From the IMG/VR virus record IMGVR_UViG_3300020185_003230, positions 1 to 58,484 of that record: a stretch of 58,484 bases of DNA; one strand, written 5' to 3'. Source of the stretch: a virus (Duplodnaviria > Caudoviricetes). How positions within the stretch are numbered: the first letter of the stretch is position 1; the number at the start of each line of letters is the position of its first letter. The translations under genes and the position numbers were made by a program. The notes beneath the pieces were generated by a model. The model had not been told where the DNA came from. It saw nothing but the letters and a program-made list of their open reading frames with translations, and ran no database searches. Shown here one piece after another: positions 19,901 through 30,293 of the stretch.

Positions 19901-22900
19901 GCTAAGATGAATAGTTGCGTCTTATTTGTTTGATCGTAGCCAACATAACCAGCTTTGGTCGGAGCATCCCAGTAAGCCTCGCCGCCTCCGATGTCAATGC
20001 TATAATTAGCATTGCCGGATATTGCTCTTTCTACATCCTGCACCGTCATCGATGAACTTTGGAAAGCGTAGGGTAGTGATGGTCCATATGGGGCGCGGGT
20101 GGATATCGGAGTAGGTATAATGTGTTTTCTGGCGTAAAGAGCACCTGCTGCCGCCTGTCGACCGATCAATAGCGAGTCCAAACAGTCATCAACTTCGTCA
20201 GTTCCAACAGAGGAGGATGCGTACAGGTCTGCAAAATATGCGCCGGTCAAGAATCCTAGGTATGGGTTCTGTAGTTCTCCAGCGTATTGCGAGTTGAATC
20301 TTAGTGTATCCCCAAATGTGCTAGCTGTGACTGTTCCATTTGTGAGAATAGGCTCTGTACGGCTTAGGAAGTTATTTGGAGCGTCTAGCGGCCAAGAACT
20401 CTGTGCTACGTAGATGCCTGCACTGTTTACTGCAGTTACAGAGCCGGCGGGGGTTCCAAATCTAGAGGTCTCAGTATCAGTCGTATTTCTATCAGTTCTG
20501 CTATCTCTCCAGTACAGGTTATCGTATCCAGTCTTGTTTGTGGATGAGGATAAGAATTCGTTCCTAATCGAGGGGAAAAGCTGCTGAGAATATATAACCC
20601 AGTTAAGCAAGTAGCCCGTTGATCTTCCTAAGTGCATTAACTGGATATCTGGAGTAGAGAAGGAACTGAAAGACGGAGCTAATCGATTATTCATGTCGAC
20701 TGAGTTATAATATATTTTCTCGTTCTCTGCAGTTGATCTTATCGTGTATATCGCACTTGCCCCAGACACTTGAAAGTTAATCGTGTTAGGTCGCCCACGG
20801 TTGGATATAGGGGGTAAGTCATAGATGGTTATGTTACTGTTTGAGCCACTCAAGCCAGCAATTGAAATTTTATTATTTATTCTCTCATCTCTAACGATCG
20901 GGTGACTGTCTTGTCGCAACTGTTTCCAAGACGGGAAACCATACTGGTTACCTCTTTTAAACATCAGTGCGTTGAAAGCAGGAACTGCTGCAAGCTTTGA
21001 ATGTCTCTCGTCAATGATTCCTTGGGTGTTTAGGTATTGAGTCTGACTGGCTGCGCTCGGAGGGTCCGCTACGACCGGAACTGTACTTGGGTACCCTAAG
21101 ACATTAGTGCTAGATGTTATTGGCTCGTGAACGTTCAAGTTTAAGTGAGTAACAGATGGGATCAAGCCAGTCCACGGTCCAACAGCTGAGACTTGACTTG
21201 GTGTTTGACCAAACTTTCTTTCATTAGAAATAGAAGTGTGGTAGCTGCCGTACTCACTTGAACTAAGGAAACTGTAAGGTGACGTATAATAATTCGTTAG
21301 TAGTCCAATCTCTGTGCCCTTGACCAAATAATTCTCTGGAGTAAATCCTAACCAGCCATTATCTGAAACCAAAGACTGAGTAATCCAAGCATACTGCTTA
21401 GAGGATCTAGGGATCTGATGTTGTACGCTAAAGTTATCATTTGAGGATCTTGTCGCATATGTCGGAACATTGCCGACATATCCAGATATTCTTACAAGAT
21501 CTAAGTTGTTTCTGTGGACTTTATGGAAACCAGGGAGTTCATTATATGATGCGCCGGGAGAATCGACAAAGAGAGAATCGCGACCAAACCTTGCAGTGTG
21601 GCGCGCAAGATGAGAATATAATCCGTAATCTTTTCCGTGAATGTCATAAACTTGAATATTTGTTGTATCGCCGGACGTTGCAGGGGTTGAGATTGTACCA
21701 GATGGTCCCTGTGATGGCTTAAGAACTGAAAGGTTCCTGTATGCTAACCCACCGTATACTGAAAACTCTGATGCCCTGATATCTTGATATCCGCGAGTTT
21801 GTACTTCTATTCCGCCTGGAGCACTAAATCTAGATATGATTACAGACTTATTTGCGGCACCAGTTAGATAACTTGTCGAATACTCCTCAGATAGAGGGAT
21901 GTGTCCGTTTGTTGTTCTGTGAACATCTAAGATTGTGCGTACAGATGTTGAACTTGTAGCTAAACCTTGGTTTGCTGTAGGAGGTAACACCGGTTGATTA
22001 TTGACAAAGTGTCTCGGGTTAGAGTATGCGCCTACTGTTTGGACATATTCGTATGTTTCTCTATAGTTACCTAATATCGTGGAGCCGGTTGTTAACCTTA
22101 TGTTCTTAAAGTTGACCGGGCGCTTTGCAACGTGATCACGATAGTATATGGCTTTCTGTGGGCGAGTGTCTGGGTATGGTCTTGCTGCTATGTAATCATC
22201 GTTATTGGGATAATCCGGACCAACCATTCCGATAGCTCCAGATGCGATGTCAGTACAGGTACCAAGCATAATTCGCCAAGCTTCTGGTCTGGTGAACCAA
22301 GTTTCTGTACCATCTGACAATCTAATGTGTCGAGATTGGTGACCACCAACTGCGTAATCGGTGAAAGGTCCCTGCATCGGAACCTCCATATCTGGTCCAT
22401 ATACATCATTGTGCAAGTTGACAATCTGTATCTGGGCTCCTGTTAGTCTCTCGTATACTTCTTTTTGATATCCGGTATTGACTAGGTTTGAGGAACTAAT
22501 GATATTGAAAGGGAAAGCCATGGAGGACTTGAGGTTAGAATACCCCAAACCTTCTTCATATTCTTTGCCGCTCAGAACCTTAAGGTATCTCTTATCAACA
22601 ATGTTTTCTGGTCTTGGATCGTTCGACTTAAAATCCTGAACCAAATCAGACATAAAGGAGAGCAAAACATTTTGTGGGACAATCTTGCCGCTTTCTGTAT
22701 TTATCTTTCCTGCGGGATGCAGAGAGTTCAAAGTAAAGTGGATATTTTTCTTATCTGTAAAGTTTATACCACCCTTGATAATCTTAGTTTGCTTAGTATC
22801 GTAGATGTAGCTCCGAACAAGACGGCGGCGCTTGTAGGAGTTTGGATCAGCATAGGGTGTTCCAGCATCAGATAGCTGCTCAATAGTACTGCTTAAGAAT

Positions 22901-25900
22901 GGTACTGTGTTAATAACTTTTCTGAATGTTTCACGTTGTGCATCGATGATTGCGTCACCGGAACTGATTTCGGCTGCGGATCTCTCTGCGCGGTTCTTCC
23001 AATACACCTCGTTAACGTTTGTATCTCTTGGAGACTGCGGAGGGGGTGAGAAGCCTACTGCGTATGGGTAACTTGCCTCTGAGCGTCCGTATACAGCGCC
23101 GGCAGGCTCTGGTGTTCTTGATTCTAGCGTCGGGAACTTGGTTTGATATTTGTTTCTCTCCAATACGTGACTTTCAATAACATTGTTCACATCTTCGATG
23201 CCATCGATGGATGCCGGCATCAGCTGCTTAATGATTGTACTTAGAGCATCGTCAAACCATTTGTAGTATCCAATAAACTTCTCAACGTCTGTAACAGTTG
23301 TTACTCTTTTGAAGAATGCTTCTCGTAGCTTTTCGATCTCTTTATATCTGTCTCGATAGCGGTTGACCGGCGCTCCCACCAACTGGTTGAAGTCAATAGC
23401 GCCGGCAAAGAAGTTGATCATCTCAGAAGAGATCGCATCATACATATTCTTTTCTATAGAGTATGTGTAACTTGGCAAGATCTTTTCTACTCCGAATACC
23501 TCATCATCCTCGGTTAAGATACTAATCATATCAGAGGCGACAGATTGCTCTGGATCTATAAACCTAAAAGAGTTAATACGACGCTGTTCGACCACCGAAG
23601 TCGATGATGTGGCAAACGAGTATCCATACCCAGAATGTTGGAATCCAGCAATTGTGCCTAGCCAACCATAGTTGCTTCTCATTTCCGAAGAACCAGAGCT
23701 ATAATCTTGAACAGTAAATGTGCCGGCGTTAGTCGACGAGGTTACATTGTTGAATGTCCAGTTAAGGGCTAAAGTCTGCTTGTTTGTTAGGTCTCCAGTA
23801 GCACCAACAACATCAATTGGGGAAATATTCATATAGGAATCTTGAATTCCAGAGTTTTCTTTCCCGAAAGAGTGTAAATCGAGCGAAGCGGTATTGATGA
23901 ATCTCGTCCAATATCGAGCGTTCAATACTTCGATATCGGTCTTGTGGATGACTGCACCTGTTAAGTTGGTGCGAGAAGCACCAACATATAGCCTCTTTGG
24001 CGCTCTAAGTAGCCCAGAACCCGATGCATTTACGATTGTGCTAGATAGTTCGAATGTATTTTTTACAACGCCCAGTTCAGTGTTTACGCCTCTGAATATA
24101 ACATCATAAGTATTTGATAATGAACTTGATACCATTCCAGCAATCGGAAAGTCTTTTGGTTTAATTCTGACTGATAGGTTCCACCTAGAATCGTCATATA
24201 CATTAAAGAATGTACTACTGGTAAGCTCAGGTAATGGATACGGAGAATACGAAGACGTTAATTTGAAATATACATTCTTGGATCCCAGCTTGTCCCTCAA
24301 AGCTAACACTTGGAAGTTAGCGAGATCGGAAGCAAGGAAAGTGGTATCTGTACCATCTTTTGTTGCTGTTGAACCTGTATCGACTGTGTGTATTCCGAAT
24401 ATAGAACTTGTTATAAAGTCTCTATCGAATGTCGTTTTGTTCTTAAGATACTTTGGAAAGATAATGTCGACTTCCGCAGTTGCTCCGTTGTGCTCCTCCG
24501 GACCATATGCACCATCTCCCTGCGATCCAGAAATAAATCCAGAAGAGTCTGAGTTTAAAGTGTTCTTTCTCTGGTATACGATGGCACTGTTGTTATCCGC
24601 AGTGTCAAAGTTAATAGCAGTTTTCTCTACAACAGTTTGCTTAAGATTATCTTTGATTGTGTATCGTGAGTTGTTGTTATATACCTTTATGCTTATCAAC
24701 TCGTCGTCTAAGTTAAAGCACCTCATCACATTTCTAATGGCTTTCTCGGTGCCTTTCGATTTGTAAATGTTTGTTAGGTTATTATAAAGATTGAGGTATA
24801 TTAAGTTCTTTGTATCATTTAGCTTTGATTCAAAATGTTCTGTCTTTGTTCTGTCGGATAGGTTCTCTAGTATTGTTGCGTCAACAAATAAGTCTGGTAC
24901 ATATAATCCTAGTGACGTTGGCAAGTGTGATGCAAATGGAATAGGAGCATGAGAAGCAGTCGTGTAGTTTACTTGCTTAAATGTCGGAATCTGTGCCGCA
25001 AGCAAGTACATTTTATCCATGTACGCTCCGACCATGTGAGAGATAATTTTTAAGTTTTTATTCTCGGTCTCATCGTGTAAATCTAACACCCAAGATGGAG
25101 CATAGTTGAGGAATGATGAGTTATTATTAACGTCGTGATTTGAACCAGAGGTTATTAGATTAGAGTTTAATGTAATGTAATCCGGGTGTGCGGCTCGCAC
25201 CACTGGCTCTTTATATTCTTTTGTAGCAGCGCCGGCAAGGACTATAGCGGATCCTGTATTTCTTGAGGATTCTCCATACCCAACCCAAACACCATTGGAT
25301 ATTCTGCCAGAGTAATCTAGCACCGTGCTATCAATTGTGCTGTCTGTAGTTATACCTTCATTGAATTTGTAATAAACCCCCAAAGTCGTATTTGAGATAT
25401 CAGTGTTCGAACCTCCGCCAACATTATCAAAGTAATTTACTGATATCTGTTCTGAGTTGCGGCTGGCTTTCCAAAATCTAAAATCATCAATAGAGCCAGA
25501 TAGTTTTCCGTCTCCTCTGATCGCAGTACTGCCAGAAGGGGGTCCAACAAGCGCGCCAATTGTTGCTAGCATACTACCGGATGTAATGTCTCCGAGTGTG
25601 TTGGAAGCATATGTGTTTGTGTCGTTTAGATTTCCATCTACATATAACTTTGCAACAAGATTGCTTCCTGTATTGTAAAATCTAAATGCATAGTGATGCC
25701 AAGCGGACAAGGATCCTGTTGTTAGTGAATCTCCGATGCTGCTGTTAGAAACAGAAGCAGAGACTGTTCCAGATTGCGCTGTGATTATAAATGGACTGCC
25801 GGAAGCCGCCCCTGTTAGTGCGAGAGTTAGCCTACCGTATCCAGCAGAACCAGAAGATCCGCTGTTCCATAGGTCAAAGACTACTTCTTTCTCGCTTAGC

Positions 25901-26547
25901 GAATTATTGAACGCATCTTTTTTAAGCCAAAACTCAACTGTGACTCCGGTGTCAAAATTGGTTCTCAGGTTTGATTCTCTGGTACCTTGTCCGTAATCTG
26001 AAGGAAGACCCGCAGTTGTGTATAACGAGGTATCGTATATGTTGGCGTTTTGGTACTTGTTGTTATATGGATTGTTGACTATTGAAGATAGAGATCCAGA
26101 CGTTCCGTGAGGTCCACCTTTGAATATGATATACTCTTTCGTGTTAGGTTGACCATAACCATCTGCAGTTACTGTGCCGGTTCCCCAGCCAGTAGCGCTT
26201 AAGATACCATAGCCGTTAAATCGAGGATATTTCTTATCAAAGATATATCTCTCAACTGGCATCAAGCCATTATAGAATTTATTCTTTTCTGCATCAGACC
26301 CGTCATATGGGTAGTAATCGATGATATGCGTCATCGCACCGCTGTAGTAAAGTTCTGCTGATCCAAATTTGGCAAACTTGTGCGGTTGAGAATAATCTAC
26401 TTGTGGGACAAAGGTATTCTTCTCTATGGAGATTTCACTTGCATTTCTGGATGACTCAACTGAATCGAAAGTCGTCTTATCATCAGCGTAATCAGAATAG
26501 TCGCGAGAGTCTGTTCGGTGTTGTGAAAATAGTTTTTTAATGCTCAT
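16909..26547 (-). CDS. Giant baseplate/tail protein with LamG (ConA-like) domains
   Basis: 3212 aa. LamG signature TVEFWLK...WHHYAF...LYVDG...SGSIDDFRFW...YYKFNEG plus a second degenerate copy. IYKSKGTEKAIR resembles the baseplate wedge gp7/P2 gpI motif. Confidence 0.75.
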   Translation of the reverse strand: MSIKKLFSQHRTDSRDYSDYADDKTTFDSVESSRNASEISIEKNTFVPQVDYSQPHKFAKFGSAELYYSGAMTHIIDYYPYDGSDAEKNKFYNGLMPVERYIFDKKYPRFNGYGILSATGWGTGTVTADGYGQPNTKEYIIFKGGPHGTSGSLSSIVNNPYNNKYQNANIYDTSLYTTAGLPSDYGQGTRESNLRTNFDTGVTVEFWLKKDAFNNSLSEKEVVFDLWNSGSSGSAGYGRLTLALTGAASGSPFIITAQSGTVSASVSNSSIGDSLTTGSLSAWHHYAFRFYNTGSNLVAKLYVDGNLNDTNTYASNTLGDITSGSMLATIGALVGPPSGSTAIRGDGKLSGSIDDFRFWKASRNSEQISVNYFDNVGGGSNTDISNTTLGVYYKFNEGITTDSTIDSTVLDYSGRISNGVWVGYGESSRNTGSAIVLAGAATKEYKEPVVRAAHPDYITLNSNLITSGSNHDVNNNSSFLNYAPSWVLDLHDETENKNLKIISHMVGAYMDKMYLLAAQIPTFKQVNYTTASHAPIPFASHLPTSLGLYVPDLFVDATILENLSDRTKTEHFESKLNDTKNLIYLNLYNNLTNIYKSKGTEKAIRNVMRCFNLDDELISIKVYNNNSRYTIKDNLKQTVVEKTAINFDTADNNSAIVYQRKNTLNSDSSGFISGSQGDGAYGPEEHNGATAEVDIIFPKYLKNKTTFDRDFITSSIFGIHTVDTGSTATKDGTDTTFLASDLANFQVLALRDKLGSKNVYFKLTSSYSPYPLPELTSSTFFNVYDDSRWNLSVRIKPKDFPIAGMVSSSLSNTYDVIFRGVNTELGVVKNTFELSSTIVNASGSGLLRAPKRLYVGASRTNLTGAVIHKTDIEVLNARYWTRFINTASLDLHSFGKENSGIQDSYMNISPIDVVGATGDLTNKQTLALNWTFNNVTSSTNAGTFTVQDYSSGSSEMRSNYGWLGTIAGFQHSGYGYSFATSSTSVVEQRRINSFRFIDPEQSVASDMISILTEDDEVFGVEKILPSYTYSIEKNMYDAISSEMINFFAGAIDFNQLVGAPVNRYRDRYKEIEKLREAFFKRVTTVTDVEKFIGYYKWFDDALSTIIKQLMPASIDGIEDVNNVIESHVLERNKYQTKFPTLESRTPEPAGAVYGRSEASYPYAVGFSPPPQSPRDTNVNEVYWKNRAERSAAEISSGDAIIDAQRETFRKVINTVPFLSSTIEQLSDAGTPYADPNSYKRRRLVRSYIYDTKQTKIIKGGINFTDKKNIHFTLNSLHPAGKINTESGKIVPQNVLLSFMSDLVQDFKSNDPRPENIVDKRYLKVLSGKEYEEGLGYSNLKSSMAFPFNIISSSNLVNTGYQKEVYERLTGAQIQIVNLHNDVYGPDMEVPMQGPFTDYAVGGHQSRHIRLSDGTETWFTRPEAWRIMLGTCTDIASGAIGMVGPDYPNNDDYIAARPYPDTRPQKAIYYRDHVAKRPVNFKNIRLTTGSTILGNYRETYEYVQTVGAYSNPRHFVNNQPVLPPTANQGLATSSTSVRTILDVHRTTNGHIPLSEEYSTSYLTGAANKSVIISRFSAPGGIEVQTRGYQDIRASEFSVYGGLAYRNLSVLKPSQGPSGTISTPATSGDTTNIQVYDIHGKDYGLYSHLARHTARFGRDSLFVDSPGASYNELPGFHKVHRNNLDLVRISGYVGNVPTYATRSSNDNFSVQHQIPRSSKQYAWITQSLVSDNGWLGFTPENYLVKGTEIGLLTNYYTSPYSFLSSSEYGSYHTSISNERKFGQTPSQVSAVGPWTGLIPSVTHLNLNVHEPITSSTNVLGYPSTVPVVADPPSAASQTQYLNTQGIIDERHSKLAAVPAFNALMFKRGNQYGFPSWKQLRQDSHPIVRDERINNKISIAGLSGSNSNITIYDLPPISNRGRPNTINFQVSGASAIYTIRSTAENEKIYYNSVDMNNRLAPSFSSFSTPDIQLMHLGRSTGYLLNWVIYSQQLFPSIRNEFLSSSTNKTGYDNLYWRDSRTDRNTTDTETSRFGTPAGSVTAVNSAGIYVAQSSWPLDAPNNFLSRTEPILTNGTVTASTFGDTLRFNSQYAGELQNPYLGFLTGAYFADLYASSSVGTDEVDDCLDSLLIGRQAAAGALYARKHIIPTPISTRAPYGPSLPYAFQSSSMTVQDVERAISGNANYSIDIGGGEAYWDAPTKAGYVGYDQTNKTQLFILAPSEPWFNDYDDFKYELKLAAKGFAVIPEYRISENLTEYENSDGGYNPYQDLGLELPHTSENSRVNDKFYITYSNSEFLQDFLKIKNESLLNATEIMVSCTGAIRFNPYKGFYPAQRTLDLVSQFKDSHYNNVISSLCAATSSLVIGGGPSGSGITEMPPGVISGTLLHPNMSGASGLARPFMTKMFSPGLMFNTIKSGMAVDYPIVMKPSKISRTQFKVSKSGPDLYEELYSVSMLTDTSTESTSFFDKRLPFETLIEPKKHLQGLSFYDMEAHPSASMPYVTCSWVPGESDESYNSISRNFFGAVPSFFLKDQEFASIKSEPISETFRFGENEVYMMRVKMERSTTGPRVYTNEVDGLLNNVASIASSSEENVFTKFGAKAYIGSDYSSTRYFPVPQDPRYSIGSGSSVSFKETFTMFSRPSAFGPDLAGRPSPVLTVGSFPQPYHFAGTFDSISGFNPAYTPAYTNGEAWCDLVFRPTSSVDYNLEKIMAECKKVLWRFDAGRPITGSMTGSTAGTGFGYRSLIYSNNALTGGLPTAPYDGKLINSSSMQIDASLNLFGIETTEFTVKDRQGLVQESRPGTTVGKRWVIRPKFETPMMNFSDSGLNPISGSTIPSAPGINLSLPANFGGESVPHGMWHQYGIPPEDASKGIFISIEDVPKNWLQNHYDVIENASSYNNGTADSTLYRNVKSLADLVGFNTENKKRLGELKENAKLREAVVAIPYITQRSQPDNESEPQKELGQTSKFFISIPQERYKAAQKQSYGTATGDSFETAGSSLSKQLQKMDRYVFPPQLDFINNPENAVDPFVMYIFEFEYDLDKSDLSYIWQNIAPRDYKKMKIENQSIAHELMDAELLNETVLEENQNLRWMIFKVKQKGQDDYWDYVDTQAQENLRPNTKIGLEEAPQYQMKYNWPYDYVSFVEMAKINVDIKYSQPKEEIGNRKMKKKNAKIDDGNETNMYSTARGTPKIKAQPSQNNIPSTVSRTLLPSGENN

Positions 26548-26558
26548 ATTTATTTATC

Positions 26559-28082
26559 TCAACTCTCTACTCTAAATTTGAAATCTTCGTTTTGCTCTTT
26601 CCATGAGTTGGTTATCGGATCATAGAAAGCAAATTTGAATTTATATTCATATCCAGATTCTAACAAGTTCATATCGAAATCAAAATAATTCCCTTTAGAA
26701 TCGTATGAAAGTAAAGTGTGCAAATCAGAACCAGTACCATACGGTATTACTTCCAGATTATCCAGAGACCGGATAACTCGGTAAGAAGCACTGTGAATCG
26801 TTGTTGTTTCAACGGTATTGTTTGCGACTGTATAGATCGTTGGTTGCCAGAACTTATTTCGAACGAACAGATTAACTCTCGTTAGTTGGTCATTTCTGTA
26901 TGCATTCTGTAAGTTTGTTATATTCAAATAATATGTCTTCTCAGATGTAGAGAAGTTTGCCGAACGTACTTCTGGCACGATTGTCCCTGTATGGAATTCT
27001 GTGGCTCCGGAGTGCCATACATCGTAGAGTGTAGTGGTCGATGAGGAATTGATGCCCACAGAGCAAGAGTATAAACCGGTAGATACCCAGCCTCCTGTTA
27101 TATTTGTATTTCCATCGTATAACGTTAATTTAGAACCAGATGGAGCAGAGTTGTCTGCGGATCCAGAATACAGGCTAACTAAAATCTCCCCTGTTCCGAT
27201 ACTTGGAATGTTCGTCAGGGCTCCGTTAATGATATTGTACAGATATATTGTATTTAAGTTATCTGCTGCTGGTGCAAGGGAGCTACTGTAATAGAAATCT
27301 CCTCTATCATCTTGCGTGGTTGAATCCCACCTTGCTTCGATAACCGGCTTTTTAAAGTAATATTGCGTTCCACGTGCGAAAAAACGCTTTGTATAATATG
27401 ATTTTGTGGCACCATCAAGATTATTTAATATGCTACCATCATCAGTACCACCAGATCCAGAATAGTAAGCTTCATAACTAGAGGAGAGGTATATACCGAC
27501 ACCGTAGTTATCAACCGTACTAGCCAGCCACCTCTCGACCAATTCTGATATATCAACTTCTAAGTCCTCCAGTCCTGTCTCGAACGTTTGTATTTGATTT
27601 ATCGATGCTGTGTTTGTTATATAATCCCCTCCAACTTTTGTCCAAGCAGAAGAGTTGGATGCAGACATCCAATTCGCCCCTGGATTCCCTTTTGTTAGAT
27701 CTGCGTAGCCCTCAAGATCAAGACCTACTCCCTCTTGCCAAGAACGAGAGACAGGATGAACTACAAGCTTAAAATCACGTGGGACAGTCTTGCTCTGTTC
27801 TGCATTGTGTAATTTCAGATAAAACTTCACACTCCCGCTAGCAGGGACAGTGCCGGCGAGACGATCTGCAGAGATCCCCTCAGTGGGGAATTTAATCAAG
27901 ATTCTAGATAACTCTTGAGATCCTTGGTAAGTTGAGCTGCTAGCCTGTTGGCGTCCGTATATAGAGAATGTCTCTAAAACGTCAGCTAAGCCAGCATTTG
28001 AGCCAGTTCCACGTGTAGTCAAGTTTGGCTGATAGGCATTGACTATTGTAGTATCAGCGGAAGCAGTATATCTCTTAAGCAT
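26559..28082 (-). CDS. Putative baseplate-associated structural protein (DNRLRE-like beta-sandwich)
   Basis: ADTTI...SRILIKF...HPVSRSWQEG...W...GGDY...VDISELVERW...NYG pattern; located directly after the gp6-like gene. Confidence 0.6.
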   Translation of the reverse strand: MLKRYTASADTTIVNAYQPNLTTRGTGSNAGLADVLETFSIYGRQQASSSTYQGSQELSRILIKFPTEGISADRLAGTVPASGSVKFYLKLHNAEQSKTVPRDFKLVVHPVSRSWQEGVGLDLEGYADLTKGNPGANWMSASNSSAWTKVGGDYITNTASINQIQTFETGLEDLEVDISELVERWLASTVDNYGVGIYLSSSYEAYYSGSGGTDDGSILNNLDGATKSYYTKRFFARGTQYYFKKPVIEARWDSTTQDDRGDFYYSSSLAPAADNLNTIYLYNIINGALTNIPSIGTGEILVSLYSGSADNSAPSGSKLTLYDGNTNITGGWVSTGLYSCSVGINSSSTTTLYDVWHSGATEFHTGTIVPEVRSANFSTSEKTYYLNITNLQNAYRNDQLTRVNLFVRNKFWQPTIYTVANNTVETTTIHSASYRVIRSLDNLEVIPYGTGSDLHTLLSYDSKGNYFDFDMNLLESGYEYKFKFAFYDPITNSWKEQNEDFKFRVES

Positions 28083-29878
28083 TATCTAACCTTTCCTCGT
28101 ACATCTACATCTGGGTATTTAATTTCGAATATTGCATTCTTTGGGCAAATCAGGTAAGTGCCATCGGGAGATGTATTCGAGTTGATATCAAACTTGATAT
28201 TCGAATATTCTCCGCCTGTTTTTGAGTTTATCTTCACTGTGATCACATCTAAGATCGATTGAGACTCTTTAAGTTTTGAGTAAATGTCACTTATGTACAT
28301 GTGCTCTCCGATGAAAAACCCTTCCTCAAACATACTTTTGATAATTCTAAGAGAATCATCAAGAGCATCTGCTCTCGATACACCAGAAACTGGCTTAACC
28401 ATCACATCAATACCAATGTTTATCACATGAGCATCTAAGATATCGATCGTATCGTTAATCATTCTATAATCATTTAACCAAGTTTTTAAATTATTTTTGA
28501 TTGTATTGTTCGATTTGGTTAGTTTCTTAAAAGAATCTTCAGAAATAACGTACATGTTTAGGTTTCTTTTTAGGGAGTCTGGGTCCTTCTGTACGCTGAC
28601 TCTTTTTACTGATCCATACTTAGGAGACATGCGGTAGGCAATGCTTTCATAGTCCGACTGAGTTACAGCCCTGTTCTGTGTTGGGAATGTATCATAGATC
28701 CTTCTCTTGACTTCCGTTGTCGATGGGTTTGATACATCTCCCACAATCGGGGTTTCGTTAGAAACTTCAAAAGAATTAATAATCTGTGTCACTGAAGTGG
28801 GGCTTAGAGTGCTTTCATCGTTGAACCTTAGTCTTGCATTGGTGACTTTATTTAAATTCCCAACTGCGACGTTGGAGTTACTCGGGTTTGTTGAGCGATA
28901 TAATACAGTCAGTGTTGTATTGACTGGCACGATACCAAAATTATTGTTTTTGCTTAACCTTGTTGGATCGAATGAAGTATCGCTAGTATAGCTTTTACCA
29001 AATGCGTTCATTGCTACTGATTGTGGTTGCGCCACTACATTAGACTCAGCGGGGTCTCCGCTGCCAAACTGAAGCATAACACCGTTGCGAGTTCTCTCAA
29101 CAACAAACTTTCTAGAAACCAAAAGAGGCTTTATAATAGAGGGCACATTATCGTTTTTGAAGTTTACGTTTGGTATTTCTTTGAATACCATATCTTGTGA
29201 CAAGTATTCGACTTCAAAATATTCGTTGCCCTCCTGATCAAACACAGAGATTATTTCGGATAAGTTGGCGGCACTCAGTGAGACTTTTTTAAACCTCTCG
29301 TATGCACCAATAGTAATCTCTTTCTGCCCAAAGCGACCAGATATAACATTCCCATTTGCTTTGATTGCATAGTGGGTTGGCGCGCCAGTAGTGTTGTCTA
29401 CTCTAGCGACCACCACCTCGTTGGACGGATCATTGAAATCGATATTATCAGTTAAGATAAACGCCAGCCCAGTATTGGTAGTGAAAGAGGTTCCCCTTGA
29501 TGCTATCGGGATGTACTTAGAATCCGGACCCATACCCGTTGAAGATGCCGGCACCAACACAAACATCGAAGCTATGCCTGTAGTCGATGGTCTACCTGGA
29601 TCTTTATATCCTAGCACTCGACCGTGCCTGAGCACATTTTCTAGTTGAAAGGATGTATCAAGAAAGGACTCGTTAACATTGAAGTCAATATATAAAGCCA
29701 TCTGATCTGCGACATAAGCAGTTGCATCCAACATCATAGCTCCGAACGAGGCTTCACTAAAGTCTTGAAAGTTTTCTGGATAGAAGCGTTCAACTAGTTC
29801 AAGCAGATCTTCTCTGATTGAGGAGAACTCTCGACTTGTGTATTTTATCGGTAAGTTATTTTTTTGGTCGTCTGACAT
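28082..29878 (-). CDS. Baseplate wedge protein (T4 gp6/baseplate J-like)
   Basis: YTSREFSSIREDL...DFSEASFG...AYVADQMALYID...NESFLDT and QNRAVTQSDY motifs. Confidence 0.9.
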   Translation of the reverse strand: MSDDQKNNLPIKYTSREFSSIREDLLELVERFYPENFQDFSEASFGAMMLDATAYVADQMALYIDFNVNESFLDTSFQLENVLRHGRVLGYKDPGRPSTTGIASMFVLVPASSTGMGPDSKYIPIASRGTSFTTNTGLAFILTDNIDFNDPSNEVVVARVDNTTGAPTHYAIKANGNVISGRFGQKEITIGAYERFKKVSLSAANLSEIISVFDQEGNEYFEVEYLSQDMVFKEIPNVNFKNDNVPSIIKPLLVSRKFVVERTRNGVMLQFGSGDPAESNVVAQPQSVAMNAFGKSYTSDTSFDPTRLSKNNNFGIVPVNTTLTVLYRSTNPSNSNVAVGNLNKVTNARLRFNDESTLSPTSVTQIINSFEVSNETPIVGDVSNPSTTEVKRRIYDTFPTQNRAVTQSDYESIAYRMSPKYGSVKRVSVQKDPDSLKRNLNMYVISEDSFKKLTKSNNTIKNNLKTWLNDYRMINDTIDILDAHVINIGIDVMVKPVSGVSRADALDDSLRIIKSMFEEGFFIGEHMYISDIYSKLKESQSILDVITVKINSKTGGEYSNIKFDINSNTSPDGTYLICPKNAIFEIKYPDVDVRGKVR

Positions 29879-29894
29879 GTATATGCCTCAAAAG

Positions 29895-30263
29895 CTAAAT
29901 AGTAAATTCTAACAAATCTTTTACCCCAATATCTGGTATAGAGTATATTATCGACATTGATAGTGAGTTGGTGTCCGGGTTGCTTCCAAGAAAGTTTACT
30001 GAATCTATTCGAACAGCCGGCATATATATCGCCACTTGTCTGGTTACTCTTTGCTTTATGTCTGACTGGATATTTTCTGAGAAGTTTTGGAATAAATAAC
30101 GTTTTATACCAACTCCAAACTCGGGTTCCATAACTCTCTCGCCGGGATTTGTTAAAACCAGCATCTTTAAATTCTGCTTCACGGTGTCGCGAATACCCTT
30201 AAGCATTGCGAACCCGTCGACACTATCCTTCTCTATTGGTAACGCTACTCCGATTGATGACAC
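29895..30263 (-). CDS. Baseplate protein gp25/GPW family
   Basis: VKQNLKMLVLTNPGERVMEPEFGVGI motif. GTG start with AGGAGG SD. Confidence 0.9.
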   Translation of the reverse strand: MSSIGVALPIEKDSVDGFAMLKGIRDTVKQNLKMLVLTNPGERVMEPEFGVGIKRYLFQNFSENIQSDIKQRVTRQVAIYMPAVRIDSVNFLGSNPDTNSLSMSIIYSIPDIGVKDLLEFTI

Positions 30264-30293
30264 AGCAAATTCCTCCTAGTAAATATCACTTGG

